Shown here in pieces: positions 18,832 through 29,169 of a stretch of DNA of 64,000 nt. A program made the position numbers and the translations under genes. The stretch comes from Acholeplasmataceae bacterium (GTDB lineage: Bacteria; Bacillota_I; Bacilli_A; ML615J-28; CAG-313). The DNA lies in contig DUPC01000017.1 in the NCBI GenBank assembly GCA_012838545.1, positions 9,202-73,201 of the forward strand. Reading direction: 5' to 3'. A model generated the notes under the pieces. It did not search any database. It saw only the letters and a program-made list of their open reading frames with translations, and was not told the origin of the DNA. The number at the start of each line of letters is the position of its first letter. The first letter of the stretch is position 1.

Positions 18832-19548
18832 CTAAGCTTTCTCTTTGAGTTTTCCAAGATTAAATGTTTTGGTATCTTTTTTGATTTTGGGGGCGAATAG
18901 CCCTTTTTTTGGTTCATCAACAATTTTGTACAAGACTGTTTCTTTTTTAAATAGCACACAGCCTAAGACCTTACTTCCTTGGCGGATTTCTTCGTAGACC
19001 AAATCCCCGACCAAGTTGTTTAATAGAGTTAGGATTGCTGCATAAAGTTTTTCGGTGGGGAAATGTTCAAATCCCCGGGAATCGTATTTGGATAAATCAT
19101 CGAACATTTTGCTAAAGTAGAAGTTATACTTAACAAAAGTATCGATTAAGGAAACGTTTGCCTTATGGGCATCAAAAACGATTTTTATTTGATTGTTAAT
19201 ATTAATGACAATTTCTGCAGCTCCCTCATCAACTTGCACCCAACCGAACAGCCCTTTTAGGGGTTGTACCAGGTTGGACTGAAAAACAGAAGTTGTCACA
19301 TCATTTTTAATTTGCACAAAGCAACCGCTTTTTCGGGCTGCTTTTTGTCTTTTTATCCTTCGGCGATGGCGAAAACTAAGCAGTTTTAACCATAAAGGAG
19401 GTAAAAAGAACAGCAAAAGAAAAATTACCGAACTGCCGTGTTGAAAGTGAAAATTATTGATAAACCTAAAAACGATAAGAACAATTATCCACCAGATTAA
19501 GATCAGGTAATTGTGATAGAGGATAATTTTACTTTTTAAGTTCGACAT
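18832..19548 (-). CDS. Hypothetical membrane protein (two N-terminal TM helices)
   Basis: 238-aa ORF overlapping the psuG 3' end; hydrophobic segments followed by a basic patch. Confidence 0.6.
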   Translation of the reverse strand: MSNLKSKIILYHNYLILIWWIIVLIVFRFINNFHFQHGSSVIFLLLFFLPPLWLKLLSFRHRRRIKRQKAARKSGCFVQIKNDVTTSVFQSNLVQPLKGLFGWVQVDEGAAEIVININNQIKIVFDAHKANVSLIDTFVKYNFYFSKMFDDLSKYDSRGFEHFPTEKLYAAILTLLNNLVGDLVYEEIRQGSKVLGCVLFKKETVLYKIVDEPKKGLFAPKIKKDTKTFNLGKLKEKA

Positions 19549-20449
19549 ACTCTTTCGCGATTTGGGCAGCCAACAAGCAGTTGTTGTAAACTAATTGGAT
19601 ATTGGCTTTTAAGCTTTGACCTTGGGTTATTTCTTTTACGCTTTGAAGCAAATAAGGCGTTGTTTCCTTTCCCTTGATACCCAATTTTTCCATTTCCTCA
19701 ACCGCTTTATCGATAGCCTCATTCATCAGTTTTTCGTTCATTGAGTATTGATTAGGAATAGGATTGGCTACCACCGTTCCTCCTTGCAAGCCCAACTCTT
19801 CTTTCACTTTAACCAATGAAGCTATTTCTTTAGGCGAATCGGCTCTTAAGGTTAATTCATAAGGGCTTTTTCTGGTATAAAAGGCGGGAAAATAATTCGT
19901 TTGATAACCAATAACCGGAACGCCTTTGGTTTCTAAATACTCAAGCGTTTTTTCCAAATCCAAAATAGCTTTGGCTCCCGCGCAAATAACGCAAACATCG
20001 GTTTTGGCCAATTCTTCAAGATCGGCGGAAATATCAAAGGAGGATTCCGCTCCCCGGTGCACTCCCCCGATACCGCCAGTCGCAAAAAACTTTATCCCTG
20101 CTGAGTGGGCAATTATCATGGTAGCGCTGACGGTTGTTGCCCCATCTTTTTTTTGCGCTACGATGTAGGGTAAGTCCCGGCGCGAAGTTTTGATGACTTT
20201 TGCCCCTTTTCTTCCCAGTTCATCAATCTCTTCCACGGACAAACCCACAACCAACTCGCCGTTTAAAATGGCGATGGTAGCGGGAATGCAGCCAACTTCG
20301 CGGATAATGCGTTCGCACTCGAGTGCGGTTTGAACATTTTCAGGATAAGGCATCCCGTGGCTGATGATGGTCGATTCCAAAGCAACCACAGGCTTATTGT
20401 TTTTTAAAGCATCCACAATTTCCGGATTAAGCTTTAAATATTTATTCAC
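19529..20449 (-). CDS. psuG: Pseudouridine-5'-phosphate glycosidase
   Basis: VALESTIISHGMPYP, ATTVSAT, FATGGIGGVHRGAESSFDISADL, GAKAILD and GKETTPYLL. Confidence 0.97.
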   Translation of the reverse strand: MNKYLKLNPEIVDALKNNKPVVALESTIISHGMPYPENVQTALECERIIREVGCIPATIAILNGELVVGLSVEEIDELGRKGAKVIKTSRRDLPYIVAQKKDGATTVSATMIIAHSAGIKFFATGGIGGVHRGAESSFDISADLEELAKTDVCVICAGAKAILDLEKTLEYLETKGVPVIGYQTNYFPAFYTRKSPYELTLRADSPKEIASLVKVKEELGLQGGTVVANPIPNQYSMNEKLMNEAIDKAVEEMEKLGIKGKETTPYLLQSVKEITQGQSLKANIQLVYNNCLLAAQIAKEYVELKK

Positions 20450-22211
20450 TAATTGGTCCTCCTAGGATTAAGATTTGTTCTTTTTCAAAAGTGTAACTGC
20501 CTTTGGTTACACGAAGTTTAATGGTAACCGGAGTAGGTTCGTTTACGGCGATATTGAATAACAAGTCATTTCCGCCGAAAACAAACAAATCTTCGCGGTC
20601 AAAAGTCCATTCGACGCTTGCGTCTTTCAACAATTCCATAGCGATGTATTCGCGGTTAATCATATCCAAGAATTCGTTGTAACGATTGGTTCGAATCATA
20701 TAACTCGGACATTGTTTCTTATCCGGCGCAAAATCATAATGGCGTCTGACATTGGCAATCGTCATATTGTACTCATGAAGTAAATAAGCAATCAATTTAG
20801 CGTTGTTGTGCATGGCGCCTTCGTAATTGCCGTCTTGGTTGATACACATTTCGATACCGATACCGTTGCGATTTCCCCCTCCGGACGCTGAGACGTCGCT
20901 TGCATGCCAAGCCGGAAGGTGGTTAGGGATATGGTGATAGATTTCATAAGCATCAACCGAATAATGCCAAGAACTGTTTGCGGAATTATTAATCATTTTT
21001 TGATGCATAACCTGATTCAAAAGTTCCGCATCCTGTCCCTCACCCGGCATACCCGATTCGTGAACAACAATCCAAAGAATGTTTAAATTGTTCGGCATTT
21101 GGTACCCCGGATAGAACTCTTGATCGAGGAAACTTTGAGAAACATTGTTTCTTACACCAGAAGAAACTTTTCCGATATACGATTCATCGGTTGTGCCAAT
21201 TAGGCTTTCGATGATATCAGGAATTTGACCGTCAATTCGGTTAAAAACACCCCCGACATTGGTCCGTTCTTGGTATTTTAAGGCTAACCATTCGCCTTCT
21301 TGTTGAAGGTGGTTTTTGGATCCCAAAATTTTAGTTGGTAAAAGGGTTGGCAACCAAGCGTCGAGAATTTCGGCATCAGTGGAGCCGCCGGTAAAGTTTT
21401 CCATTGGGAAAGTCATCCGGAAATCGTCGCTGCCAAAAAAGATGTCTGAAACCAAGTAAAAATTCTGTGGTGCAGCTTTTTTAAGCACATGGCCTTCGAC
21501 GATTAAACAATCATTATTGGGGGATAACCAGCGGATACGCCCGCCAAATTCCGGATGAGTTACCGGTAAAGAGGCAATCTCGCCATTCTTGAAAGCTTCG
21601 ACTTGGGTTGGCACCCATTCTTTGATTAAATTGACTAAGGCGCTGTCGGAATATCTCGTAACTGTAACTTCTTTGGAATACATTTTTTCTAGACCTCGAT
21701 ATATCAAATAACAATTGATTGTTACGGTTTGATCATAGGTACGTTTCGTGACTTTCCCGTCACTCGTTATAATATCGGGATTGGTAGATTCATAACGGAT
21801 TTCGACCCCGCGATATGGTGTTTGAAGGAAAGAAATATCGCGTGTAATAGTCGAATTGATATTGGGGCGGAAATAATCCCAAGCTTGGATAAAGATACTT
21901 TCGTCAACCGCTTTTAAAGTCGTCGTGAACGTTTTGTTAACTTCTTTTCCGCCTTTTGTAGCTGTTAATTTTAAAGTAACCGGATAGTCTGTTTCAAAAG
22001 CTAAAAAGCCTCCGTCTTCACCCAATAAATGGCTGGGTTCAACTTCCCAAGTATAAACAGTATCGTTGTTTTCACTAATAGGCAAAAGATATCCGGGTTT
22101 TACCGATTCCGGAATCAATATTTGATTTACTTCGTTTTGTAAAGGATTATCAACGGTACAACCGACAATAAGAAAAATCCCAATCATACATATAAATAGG
22201 AACCGTTTCAT
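20442..22211 (-). CDS. Lipoprotein N-acetylmuramoyl-L-alanine amidase (Amidase_2) with Ig-like stalk domains
   Basis: Lipobox IVGC. Zinc-amidase motifs IVVHESG, SSWHYSVD, HAS, GIGIEMC and RRHYDF...KQCP. Confidence 0.88.
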   Translation of the reverse strand: MKRFLFICMIGIFLIVGCTVDNPLQNEVNQILIPESVKPGYLLPISENNDTVYTWEVEPSHLLGEDGGFLAFETDYPVTLKLTATKGGKEVNKTFTTTLKAVDESIFIQAWDYFRPNINSTITRDISFLQTPYRGVEIRYESTNPDIITSDGKVTKRTYDQTVTINCYLIYRGLEKMYSKEVTVTRYSDSALVNLIKEWVPTQVEAFKNGEIASLPVTHPEFGGRIRWLSPNNDCLIVEGHVLKKAAPQNFYLVSDIFFGSDDFRMTFPMENFTGGSTDAEILDAWLPTLLPTKILGSKNHLQQEGEWLALKYQERTNVGGVFNRIDGQIPDIIESLIGTTDESYIGKVSSGVRNNVSQSFLDQEFYPGYQMPNNLNILWIVVHESGMPGEGQDAELLNQVMHQKMINNSANSSWHYSVDAYEIYHHIPNHLPAWHASDVSASGGGNRNGIGIEMCINQDGNYEGAMHNNAKLIAYLLHEYNMTIANVRRHYDFAPDKKQCPSYMIRTNRYNEFLDMINREYIAMELLKDASVEWTFDREDLFVFGGNDLLFNIAVNEPTPVTIKLRVTKGSYTFEKEQILILGGPISE

Positions 22212-22239
22212 GTCTAAACCTCCTAGTATTCTTACAAGA

Positions 22240-22268
22240 ATTATACCATTTTATTCCCCTTTTCGCAA
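22240..22268 (-). promoter_or_regulatory. SigA-type promoter of the amidase-psuG operon
   Basis: TTGCGA-N17-TATAAT with TG just upstream of the -10. Confidence 0.6.
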
Positions 22269-22316
22269 ATTTAATCAAATACAACTTGAATTTTTTAAAA
22301 AGGATAAAGGAACCTC

Positions 22317-22712
22317 TTAAGTAAGGTTCCCGGAATTTTTGTTCATCCTTGGTTTGTAAATTTTATAATCTTTCATAATAACAGCTATCATAGGCAACAC
22401 GGATAAAACTATTAAAAAAAACCACAACATATCACTTGCAATTAAAGCAAAACCCAACCAAAGAAAACAGCTTGTGTAATATACAAATGACGGTAAAAAA
22501 ACGGTAATGTATTGAAGATAACTAATTAATCTGTTGCTTTTGCTTTTAAAAAGGAAAATATTTGCTAATTGGAAAACAAGGGGTACAATTAATAATAAAG
22601 GAAGAAATAATAATCTCCCTGAGGAAATATAAACCACAATCAAATTAAGCACCAGGATGATTACCCAAAAGACAAAATCAATCGTGTATTCTTTTAAAAA
22701 TTCTTTTTTCAT
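22317..22712 (-). CDS. Hypothetical integral membrane protein (about 4 TM)
   Basis: 131-aa, almost entirely hydrophobic ORF with RBS GGGGG. Confidence 0.65.
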   Translation of the reverse strand: MKKEFLKEYTIDFVFWVIILVLNLIVVYISSGRLLFLPLLLIVPLVFQLANIFLFKSKSNRLISYLQYITVFLPSFVYYTSCFLWLGFALIASDMLWFFLIVLSVLPMIAVIMKDYKIYKPRMNKNSGNLT

Positions 22713-22900
22713 ATTAGCCCCCCTACAATTATTTTATTTTTTTTTTATTTTCGGCTTTTTAATATTCCCAAAGTTATTCCTAAACTAAATAAACCTCAAG
22801 TCCGTAAAAGAATTTCTTAGCCGATCTTTATCAAAAAAAGAAGTGTTTGTTGTACGCACATTTCTTTAAAGACCTTTTATTCAGGTATTAGTTTCAACTA

Positions 22901-23869
22901 TTAACGTCTTGGATTAGTGTAACGCAAAAGCGCCCAAGCACAAATTATCGCAATAACCGCCGAAATCAAGACGGCGTACAAAAAGCCGAGTTTGCTATGT
23001 TCAAAAGGAAGAATTAAATTCATACCAAAGAAACTGGCAACAAGCGTCGGAATCGTTAACACAATTGTCACAACCGTCAAAGTCTTCATGACATGATTAA
23101 CATTGTTGTTGATGATGGAGGCAAAAGCATCCATGGTGCCATTAAGGATATCGCGATGCACGGAACACATCTCCATCGCTTGGCGATTTTCAATCATGGC
23201 ATCTTCCAATAACGCAATATCTTCTTCATACTTTTTGTAGATGTCCAAGCGTTTGAACCGTTCCAATACCAATTGATTGGCATTGATACCAGTAGACAAA
23301 TAGACCAAGGACTTGCCCAGATGCATCATTTCAAATAGTTCTTTGTTGCGCATCGATTGATGGAGTTTGTGTTCAATTGCTTCGGAGTCTTTATTAATCA
23401 TTTTCATGATATTGACAAACGCGATGGCGTTTTGGTATAACAATTGAATCGTCAGCCGCACATGCTTGCCGGTCGAGAAGTTTTTCATTCCCCGACTGGT
23501 GATTGCGCCTTCCACCATGTTTTCCTTTAAGCAAATCGTGACGAAATAGTCTTCATTGAAAAAGATACCAAACGGGGTTGTGAAGTATTTGCTTGATTCG
23601 TTATCGCTGTCGATAACCGGAGTATCGACTATTAACATGGTTACGCCATTCTCAAAGTCGATATGGGCGGTTTCTTCTTCATCCATGGAAATTCTCAACA
23701 TATCCTTGTTGATGCCCGTTTTCTTGGCCACTAAATCAAGTTCGTCTTCCGTCGGATTTTTTAAGTGAATCCATGATTTCCGTTCCAAAAATGGTTCAAT
23801 TGGAATATCACCGATATTTTTGTGAATAGTTAATTCCCTGGTTTCGGTTTTCAAATATACCGTAATCAT
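22901..23869 (-). CDS. corA: CorA family Mg2+/Co2+ transporter
   Basis: NNNVNHVMKTLT...SFFGMN signature with two C-terminal TM helices. Confidence 0.93.
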   Translation of the reverse strand: MITVYLKTETRELTIHKNIGDIPIEPFLERKSWIHLKNPTEDELDLVAKKTGINKDMLRISMDEEETAHIDFENGVTMLIVDTPVIDSDNESSKYFTTPFGIFFNEDYFVTICLKENMVEGAITSRGMKNFSTGKHVRLTIQLLYQNAIAFVNIMKMINKDSEAIEHKLHQSMRNKELFEMMHLGKSLVYLSTGINANQLVLERFKRLDIYKKYEEDIALLEDAMIENRQAMEMCSVHRDILNGTMDAFASIINNNVNHVMKTLTVVTIVLTIPTLVASFFGMNLILPFEHSKLGFLYAVLISAVIAIICAWALLRYTNPRR

Positions 23870-23943
23870 GTTATCACCCCTTTTACGACTATTATAAAAC
23901 TATTATAATAAATTTCTATCCAATTGGCGGTTATGAAACTAAT

Positions 23944-25392
23944 TTATTTTTTTCCGAGTTTCGCTTTTTGGCGCTTAATGCGCATTTGTTTCGATTGACG
24001 GTTGATAATTACCACCGCGGCGATTCCAACTGCTACTCCCCCGGCCACAATATATACCCAAACCGGTACTATATTGGATTTAACTCTTTGCCACATGGCA
24101 AGGAGTTTTTCGTTTTGGTCGCCAAAATCTTCCATGATGCCGCAGCGGGCAATGATATCGATGGTTGGATATTGGGCCAATAGCACATTATAAGTTGCAA
24201 GATCGGTTTCGATTTTCAGCGATTTTTCTGCCGAAACCGTACCTTCAAAGAAATAACTTAAATCAACTTCCAAACCCCCGTCCTCGACTGCGTACCATTC
24301 GTTGACCAAATCAAGCATGGCGTCCCCCGCAATCGCACTGGTATAACCGATAAATTCCATGTTGCGAGCGGCTACTTCCGGGTCGCATAGATAGTTTAAG
24401 AATTCATGGGCGAGTTCTTTGTTGGCGCCTTTAGGCATAACCCAAGCGTCAAACCAGATGTTGCTGCCTTCGAACGGAATGATGTATTGAAGTTCCATAT
24501 CGGATTCTTCCAAAGCGGTTTGGATACTGTAGATGGCATCGCCACTCCAAGCGAAGTTAACATCAATTTTGCCAGTTCTGATATCGTTTTTACCGCTGTC
24601 GACCTCAAACCCCGCAATATTTCTCTTTAAATCCTTTAAAGCTGCTTCGACTTGGGCCAAAGTTTCATCGTCGCGGCGATTGATGATTTTGGTAACTTCC
24701 GCACTGTATTGGGCTTCATCGATTTGTTGCGTTTGGTACTTAACCGCAAGCTCTTTCAATTCCTCTTGATAAACATAGCATACGCCTATAATATATGTAT
24801 CGCGAACGGAGTCTTTGATGGTTACGCGGTTTTTATATTTGGAATCCCACAAAATGTTCCAGGAAGTAATGTCGTCGTAATCCACTTTGTCAGGGTTAAA
24901 CAAAAAGCCGAGCGTACCCCACATATAGTTGACGGCGTAATTTTCCCAACCGTATTTTTCGAAAATTTCGATTAAGTACGGCGAGGCAAATTGTTGATAA
25001 TTCGGAAGCATGCTCAAATCGATTTCCTCAAGCATTTCTTCGCGCACCATTTTTTGAATTACGTAGTCGCTTGGGCAAACAAGATCATAGGTGATATTGC
25101 CGGTTTTTAAAGAATTGAGCATTACTTCGTTGGTTTCATAAGTTGTATAAATAACTTCCACGGTTTTACCGGTTTTTTGATGGTAATATTCTTCAAAGTC
25201 GTCGATGACGCTGGAAACCGGATTGCCAAATTCGTCGATCCGGGGATTGCCGTTTTCGTCTTTCCCTTCATCGATATAGTCTTGCCAATTGTAAACCCGA
25301 AGCACATAGTCGGCTGCTTGTACTTCCAGCCTTACAGAACCGAAGGATACAAAACCAAAAACCACAAGGAATAAAGCAATTACTTTTTTCAT
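23944..25392 (-). CDS. potD: Spermidine/putrescine ABC transporter substrate-binding protein with C-terminal TM anchor
   Basis: LRVYNWQDYID, YETNEVM, VCPSDYVI, YMWGTLG, WSGDA and EGSNIWFDAWVMPK. Confidence 0.92.
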   Translation of the reverse strand: MKKVIALFLVVFGFVSFGSVRLEVQAADYVLRVYNWQDYIDEGKDENGNPRIDEFGNPVSSVIDDFEEYYHQKTGKTVEVIYTTYETNEVMLNSLKTGNITYDLVCPSDYVIQKMVREEMLEEIDLSMLPNYQQFASPYLIEIFEKYGWENYAVNYMWGTLGFLFNPDKVDYDDITSWNILWDSKYKNRVTIKDSVRDTYIIGVCYVYQEELKELAVKYQTQQIDEAQYSAEVTKIINRRDDETLAQVEAALKDLKRNIAGFEVDSGKNDIRTGKIDVNFAWSGDAIYSIQTALEESDMELQYIIPFEGSNIWFDAWVMPKGANKELAHEFLNYLCDPEVAARNMEFIGYTSAIAGDAMLDLVNEWYAVEDGGLEVDLSYFFEGTVSAEKSLKIETDLATYNVLLAQYPTIDIIARCGIMEDFGDQNEKLLAMWQRVKSNIVPVWVYIVAGGVAVGIAAVVIINRQSKQMRIKRQKAKLGKK

Positions 25393-25394
25393 CG

Positions 25395-26189
25395 TTATAA
25401 TTTCCTTTCTAATTTAGCTTTTTTCTTACCTGCCATTATGTTCATGGTAATCAAGATTCCCAAAACGGCGAGGAAAATCAAGGTTGTCAAAGCCCGGTAA
25501 GCGTTCGATAATCCTCTGATTCTTACCGCGCCTTCCACAATCGTACTGATGGTGGAAAAAGAATCGCTTCTGGTGTAAGCCGTAATAATATAGTCGTCAA
25601 GCGATAGAGTTAGAGCCAAGATAAATCCCGCTATAATCCCGGGGGCAATCTGCGGAATCAAAACACTCCACAAGGCCCTTGATGGCGTTGCCCCAAGATC
25701 CAGTGCGGCTTCGTAAACATTATTGTCCATTTGTTGAAGTTTCGGCAAAATGCTTAAAACAACAAACGGTACCGTTAAGACAACATGACCGATTAATAGG
25801 GTTAAAAAACTTAGTTTAATGTTGAAAAAGGCAAACAAAATTCTTAAAGATAAAGCTGTTACGATTTCGGCATTGACCACCGGTATTTGCGACATCGCGT
25901 TGATGGCGGTTTTGGAGCGGCGGGAACTGTAGAATATTCCAATGGCGCCCACGGTGCCTAAGATTGTTGAAGCCACACCGGCGGTTAAAGCCAAAATAAC
26001 GGTATTTTTTAAAGCCGTCATGATGTCTTTGTTGCCGAAAAGGTTTTGGTACGGTTTGAAAGAAAAACCGTTCCAAGTACCGATGGTGGTTGTATCGGTA
26101 AAACTGAAAAATACAAGTAACAATATCGGAGCGTACAATAACAACAGAATCAACCAAAGATAGGATTTGGCCAAAATTTTCTTTACCAT
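25395..26189 (-). CDS. potC: Spermidine/putrescine ABC permease
   Basis: LYAPILLLVFFSF, EAALDLGATP and LSLDDYIIT. Confidence 0.93.
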   Translation of the reverse strand: MVKKILAKSYLWLILLLLYAPILLLVFFSFTDTTTIGTWNGFSFKPYQNLFGNKDIMTALKNTVILALTAGVASTILGTVGAIGIFYSSRRSKTAINAMSQIPVVNAEIVTALSLRILFAFFNIKLSFLTLLIGHVVLTVPFVVLSILPKLQQMDNNVYEAALDLGATPSRALWSVLIPQIAPGIIAGFILALTLSLDDYIITAYTRSDSFSTISTIVEGAVRIRGLSNAYRALTTLIFLAVLGILITMNIMAGKKKAKLERKL

Positions 26190-26977
26190 AAACTACCCCG
26201 CCCTTCTTCTTTATTGACATTTTTGGTTAAGAGGAAGGTAAGGCCAATCAATAGTAACATGATGATGGCCATAAATGATCCGTCTCCCCAACGGGAATAG
26301 TTAAAGGATGTGTTGATGTTATTGCCGATTAGGTTTACTTTGGCTCCGCCCAAAGCATTGCTGATGACGAAGGAGGACATTGTCGGAACAAAAACCATCA
26401 AAATGGCACTCACAATTCCCGGCATTGTCATCGGTATAATTAATTTTATAAAGGTTTGTACCGGGTTGGCTCCCAAATCGCGGGCAGCTTCCACTTGGCT
26501 TTGGTCCATTTTTTGCATTGTAGCATATAGCGGCAAAATAACAAACGGCAAGTAGTTGTAAACCATACCGATTAAGGTCGCGGCGTAAGGACGGTTGTTC
26601 CCGCTAATACCGATCCAATAAAGCAAATCCTTGGTTGCACCAGTTCTTAGGACAAAGTTAATCCACATTGGCATGACATATAGAAGCAACATCATTTTGC
26701 TTTTGTTGTATTTGGGATTGGCCAGTAGATATGCAACCGGATAACCGATTAATAAGCAAAGAAGCGTATTGGCCGCGCCGATTAAAATACTTACCAATAA
26801 ATCGTTCAGTGAGGAAGAATCGGAGAAAAAGCCGACCACGCGGTGAAATGTGATTTGCCCCGCATCATTGGTGAACGCATAATAGAAAATCAGCAAGAGG
26901 GGGGCTACCACAAAAACGATTAAGAAGACAGTGTAAAAAATCGCTAAGTTTTTTCGGCGAAACTTAAGCTTTGACAT
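26183..26977 (-). CDS. potB: Spermidine/putrescine ABC permease
   Basis: GYPVAY, PMWINFVLR, GMVYNYLPF and EAARDLGAN. Start MSKLKF at 26977. Confidence 0.93.
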   Translation of the reverse strand: MSKLKFRRKNLAIFYTVFLIVFVVAPLLLIFYYAFTNDAGQITFHRVVGFFSDSSSLNDLLVSILIGAANTLLCLLIGYPVAYLLANPKYNKSKMMLLLYVMPMWINFVLRTGATKDLLYWIGISGNNRPYAATLIGMVYNYLPFVILPLYATMQKMDQSQVEAARDLGANPVQTFIKLIIPMTMPGIVSAILMVFVPTMSSFVISNALGGAKVNLIGNNINTSFNYSRWGDGSFMAIIMLLLIGLTFLLTKNVNKEEGRGSLW

Positions 26978-28532
26978 ATTGCTTTGCCTCACCCTTCAAG
27001 CGGAGTTTGATAGCGGAAGGAGCAATTTTCACGCTAACCAAGTCTTCTTCATTCCACATGTATTCCGTGTCAACCACAAAATCTTCGTCGTCCGCAGTTC
27101 TGACAATAACTTGATAGTGGTCACCGATATAAATAAAGGAAACAATTTCCCCGGAAACGATGCCTTCATCTACATTGTCGGTGATTTCGATATCGCTTAA
27201 ACCCACTTCCACCACAACGTCCGCATCCGTCAAATCGTATCTCGTGCCGTTTTTATCAACCAAATAACCGTCTTCGTCCAAAAGGGTGCTCGGGATTAAT
27301 TGAGTGACGTCGCACTCAAATTCGCCCCCCGCAAACCACACCAAATTGTTCTTGGTGATGTAGCCGTCGTAGATATTGCTGACAAATTCTTTTTTCATGA
27401 TATGAATGTTTTCCGGTTCGATGGTGATGCTGGCCATCCGGTTAATCGGAAGATTGCGCGTATCCTGAATGATGACTTCGTTTTTACCGATCATCATCGT
27501 GTATTCGTAGTGAATGCCTTTAAAAATTTTACTTACCAAGAAGCCGTCGGCACTACCCTTGCCGGGTCCGTTTAAAAGGATATCTTCGGGACGCACCACA
27601 ACGTCGACTTTTTCGTTCTTTTGAAACTCGTCGACGCAGTCGAACACATGGTAGAGGAAGCGTACCTTTTTGTCGCCCAAATAGGTGCCGTTATAAATAT
27701 TGCTTTCGCCGATAAAGTCGGCGACAAAGGCGCTTTTCGGTTCATTGTAAATCATGGTCGGGGTTCCGATTTGTTGAATCCGTCCGTCTTTCATGACCAC
27801 AATCGTATCGGACATCGTTAGCGCTTCTTCTTGGTCGTGCGTTACATAGATGAACGTAATGCCAAGTTTTTTATGCATGGCTTTTAGTTCCAGCTGCATT
27901 TCTTTGCGCATCTTTAAGTCCAAAGCACCAAGCGGTTCGTCCAAAAGCAAGATTTCCGGTTCGTTGACAAGGGCTCTTGCGATGGCGATACGTTGTTGTT
28001 GACCGCCCGACAAGGTGTTGATTTGGCGCCATTCGAATTCTTCCAAATCGACCAGTTTCAGAATACTCGTAACTTTCTCGTCAATCTCTTCTTTGGTTAG
28101 TTTTCTTAGGATTGTCTTTTCGTTGCCGTTTTTGTCAATCACGGTTTCTTCGATGCGTTTAAAACGAAGCCCAAAGGCGACGTTATCGTATACGTCTAAA
28201 TGGGGAAAGAGCGCATACTTTTGAAACACCGTGTTGACGGGACGTTTGTGGGGCGGCAAATGGGTAATATCCAGACCGTTTAGGAGAATTTTTCCTCTGG
28301 TGGGCAACTCAAACCCCGCAATCATCCTAAGCGTTGTCGTTTTTCCACATCCCGATGGTCCCAAAAAGGTGATAAATTCGCCTTTCTTGACATAAAGGTT
28401 AAAATCTTCCACCACATATGTTCCATCATATTCTTTCGCGACATCGATTAATTCGATAATGATGTTCTCGCGTTCTTTTTCTTTGTTTTTTCCGTTTCCG
28501 TTTGTTAGGTTGTTGCCATTTTCCTTCTGCAT
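26964..28532 (-). CDS. potA: Spermidine/putrescine ABC ATPase with a duplicated C-terminal OB/TOBE region
   Basis: GPSGCGKTT, NTVFQKYALFPHL, LSGGQQQR, LLDEPLGALD and VADFIGESN. Confidence 0.95.
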   Translation of the reverse strand: MQKENGNNLTNGNGKNKEKERENIIIELIDVAKEYDGTYVVEDFNLYVKKGEFITFLGPSGCGKTTTLRMIAGFELPTRGKILLNGLDITHLPPHKRPVNTVFQKYALFPHLDVYDNVAFGLRFKRIEETVIDKNGNEKTILRKLTKEEIDEKVTSILKLVDLEEFEWRQINTLSGGQQQRIAIARALVNEPEILLLDEPLGALDLKMRKEMQLELKAMHKKLGITFIYVTHDQEEALTMSDTIVVMKDGRIQQIGTPTMIYNEPKSAFVADFIGESNIYNGTYLGDKKVRFLYHVFDCVDEFQKNEKVDVVVRPEDILLNGPGKGSADGFLVSKIFKGIHYEYTMMIGKNEVIIQDTRNLPINRMASITIEPENIHIMKKEFVSNIYDGYITKNNLVWFAGGEFECDVTQLIPSTLLDEDGYLVDKNGTRYDLTDADVVVEVGLSDIEITDNVDEGIVSGEIVSFIYIGDHYQVIVRTADDEDFVVDTEYMWNEEDLVSVKIAPSAIKLRLKGEAKQYVKA

Positions 28533-28570
28533 CCCAAATCACCTCAAGAGTAAATTTTTTTTACGTCTAT

Positions 28571-29107
28571 TTAAAAGTTCGGCGGGCTCGTCACCCAAAT
28601 AATTTTGGCATCGGTTTTGCCGGGATTGATTAATTTATGGGGTTTGTCAGTCGTATAATAGAAGGTTTCCCCTCTTCTGCAGGCAAAACGTTTGTTACCG
28701 TGGCTGATTTGAATCGTTCCTTCCAAAACAAACCCAAATTCCTGACCTTCGTGCGGAAGGTCGACGATGGTTTCCTGACCGGCCTTAAGTGTAAAACAAA
28801 TTGGCTCCATGATGTTTTTTTGGCTGTTTGGAACAAGCCAGGTGATTTTCGACGATTCGTCTTCTTTGACAAAATAGTCGTCTTCGCCAAACACGATTTT
28901 TTCCTCTTGTTCGTACCCCGCAAAAAACGTTCTGATATCGGTTCCCAAAGCATCCAACAAATCCGTCAAAGTGGAAATGGACGGGCTGGTAAGATCGTTT
29001 TCGAGTTGCGAGATATAACCTTTGGTCAGTTCGCACCGGTCGGCCAGTTCTTCTTGGGTTAATCCACAAAGCGTTCGTAAATCTTTAATTCGTGCTCCAA
29101 TTTTCAT
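28571..29107 (-). CDS. XRE-family HTH + cupin transcriptional regulator (PuuR/PotR-like)
   Basis: GLTQEELADRCELTKGYISQLENDLTSPSI (HTH) and HEGQEFGFVLEG (cupin); first gene of the pot operon. Confidence 0.9.
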   Translation of the reverse strand: MKIGARIKDLRTLCGLTQEELADRCELTKGYISQLENDLTSPSISTLTDLLDALGTDIRTFFAGYEQEEKIVFGEDDYFVKEDESSKITWLVPNSQKNIMEPICFTLKAGQETIVDLPHEGQEFGFVLEGTIQISHGNKRFACRRGETFYYTTDKPHKLINPGKTDAKIIWVTSPPNF

Positions 29108-29169
29108 TTTTATTTTACCCTCATTATCCCTTACTATTTATTAAATTGCCTTTTATTGTAAAAGGAATT

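Noticed and set aside
23870-23943. Mg2+ (M-box) riboswitch upstream of corA
   Set aside because: The gap is only about 75 nt and AT-rich, far too short for it.
26964-28532. Slightly higher GC in potA as a sign of recent transfer
   Set aside because: Spot counts of about 43-47% versus about 35% elsewhere come from single lines, and similar values occur in other conserved genes. A proper windowed or codon analysis is needed.
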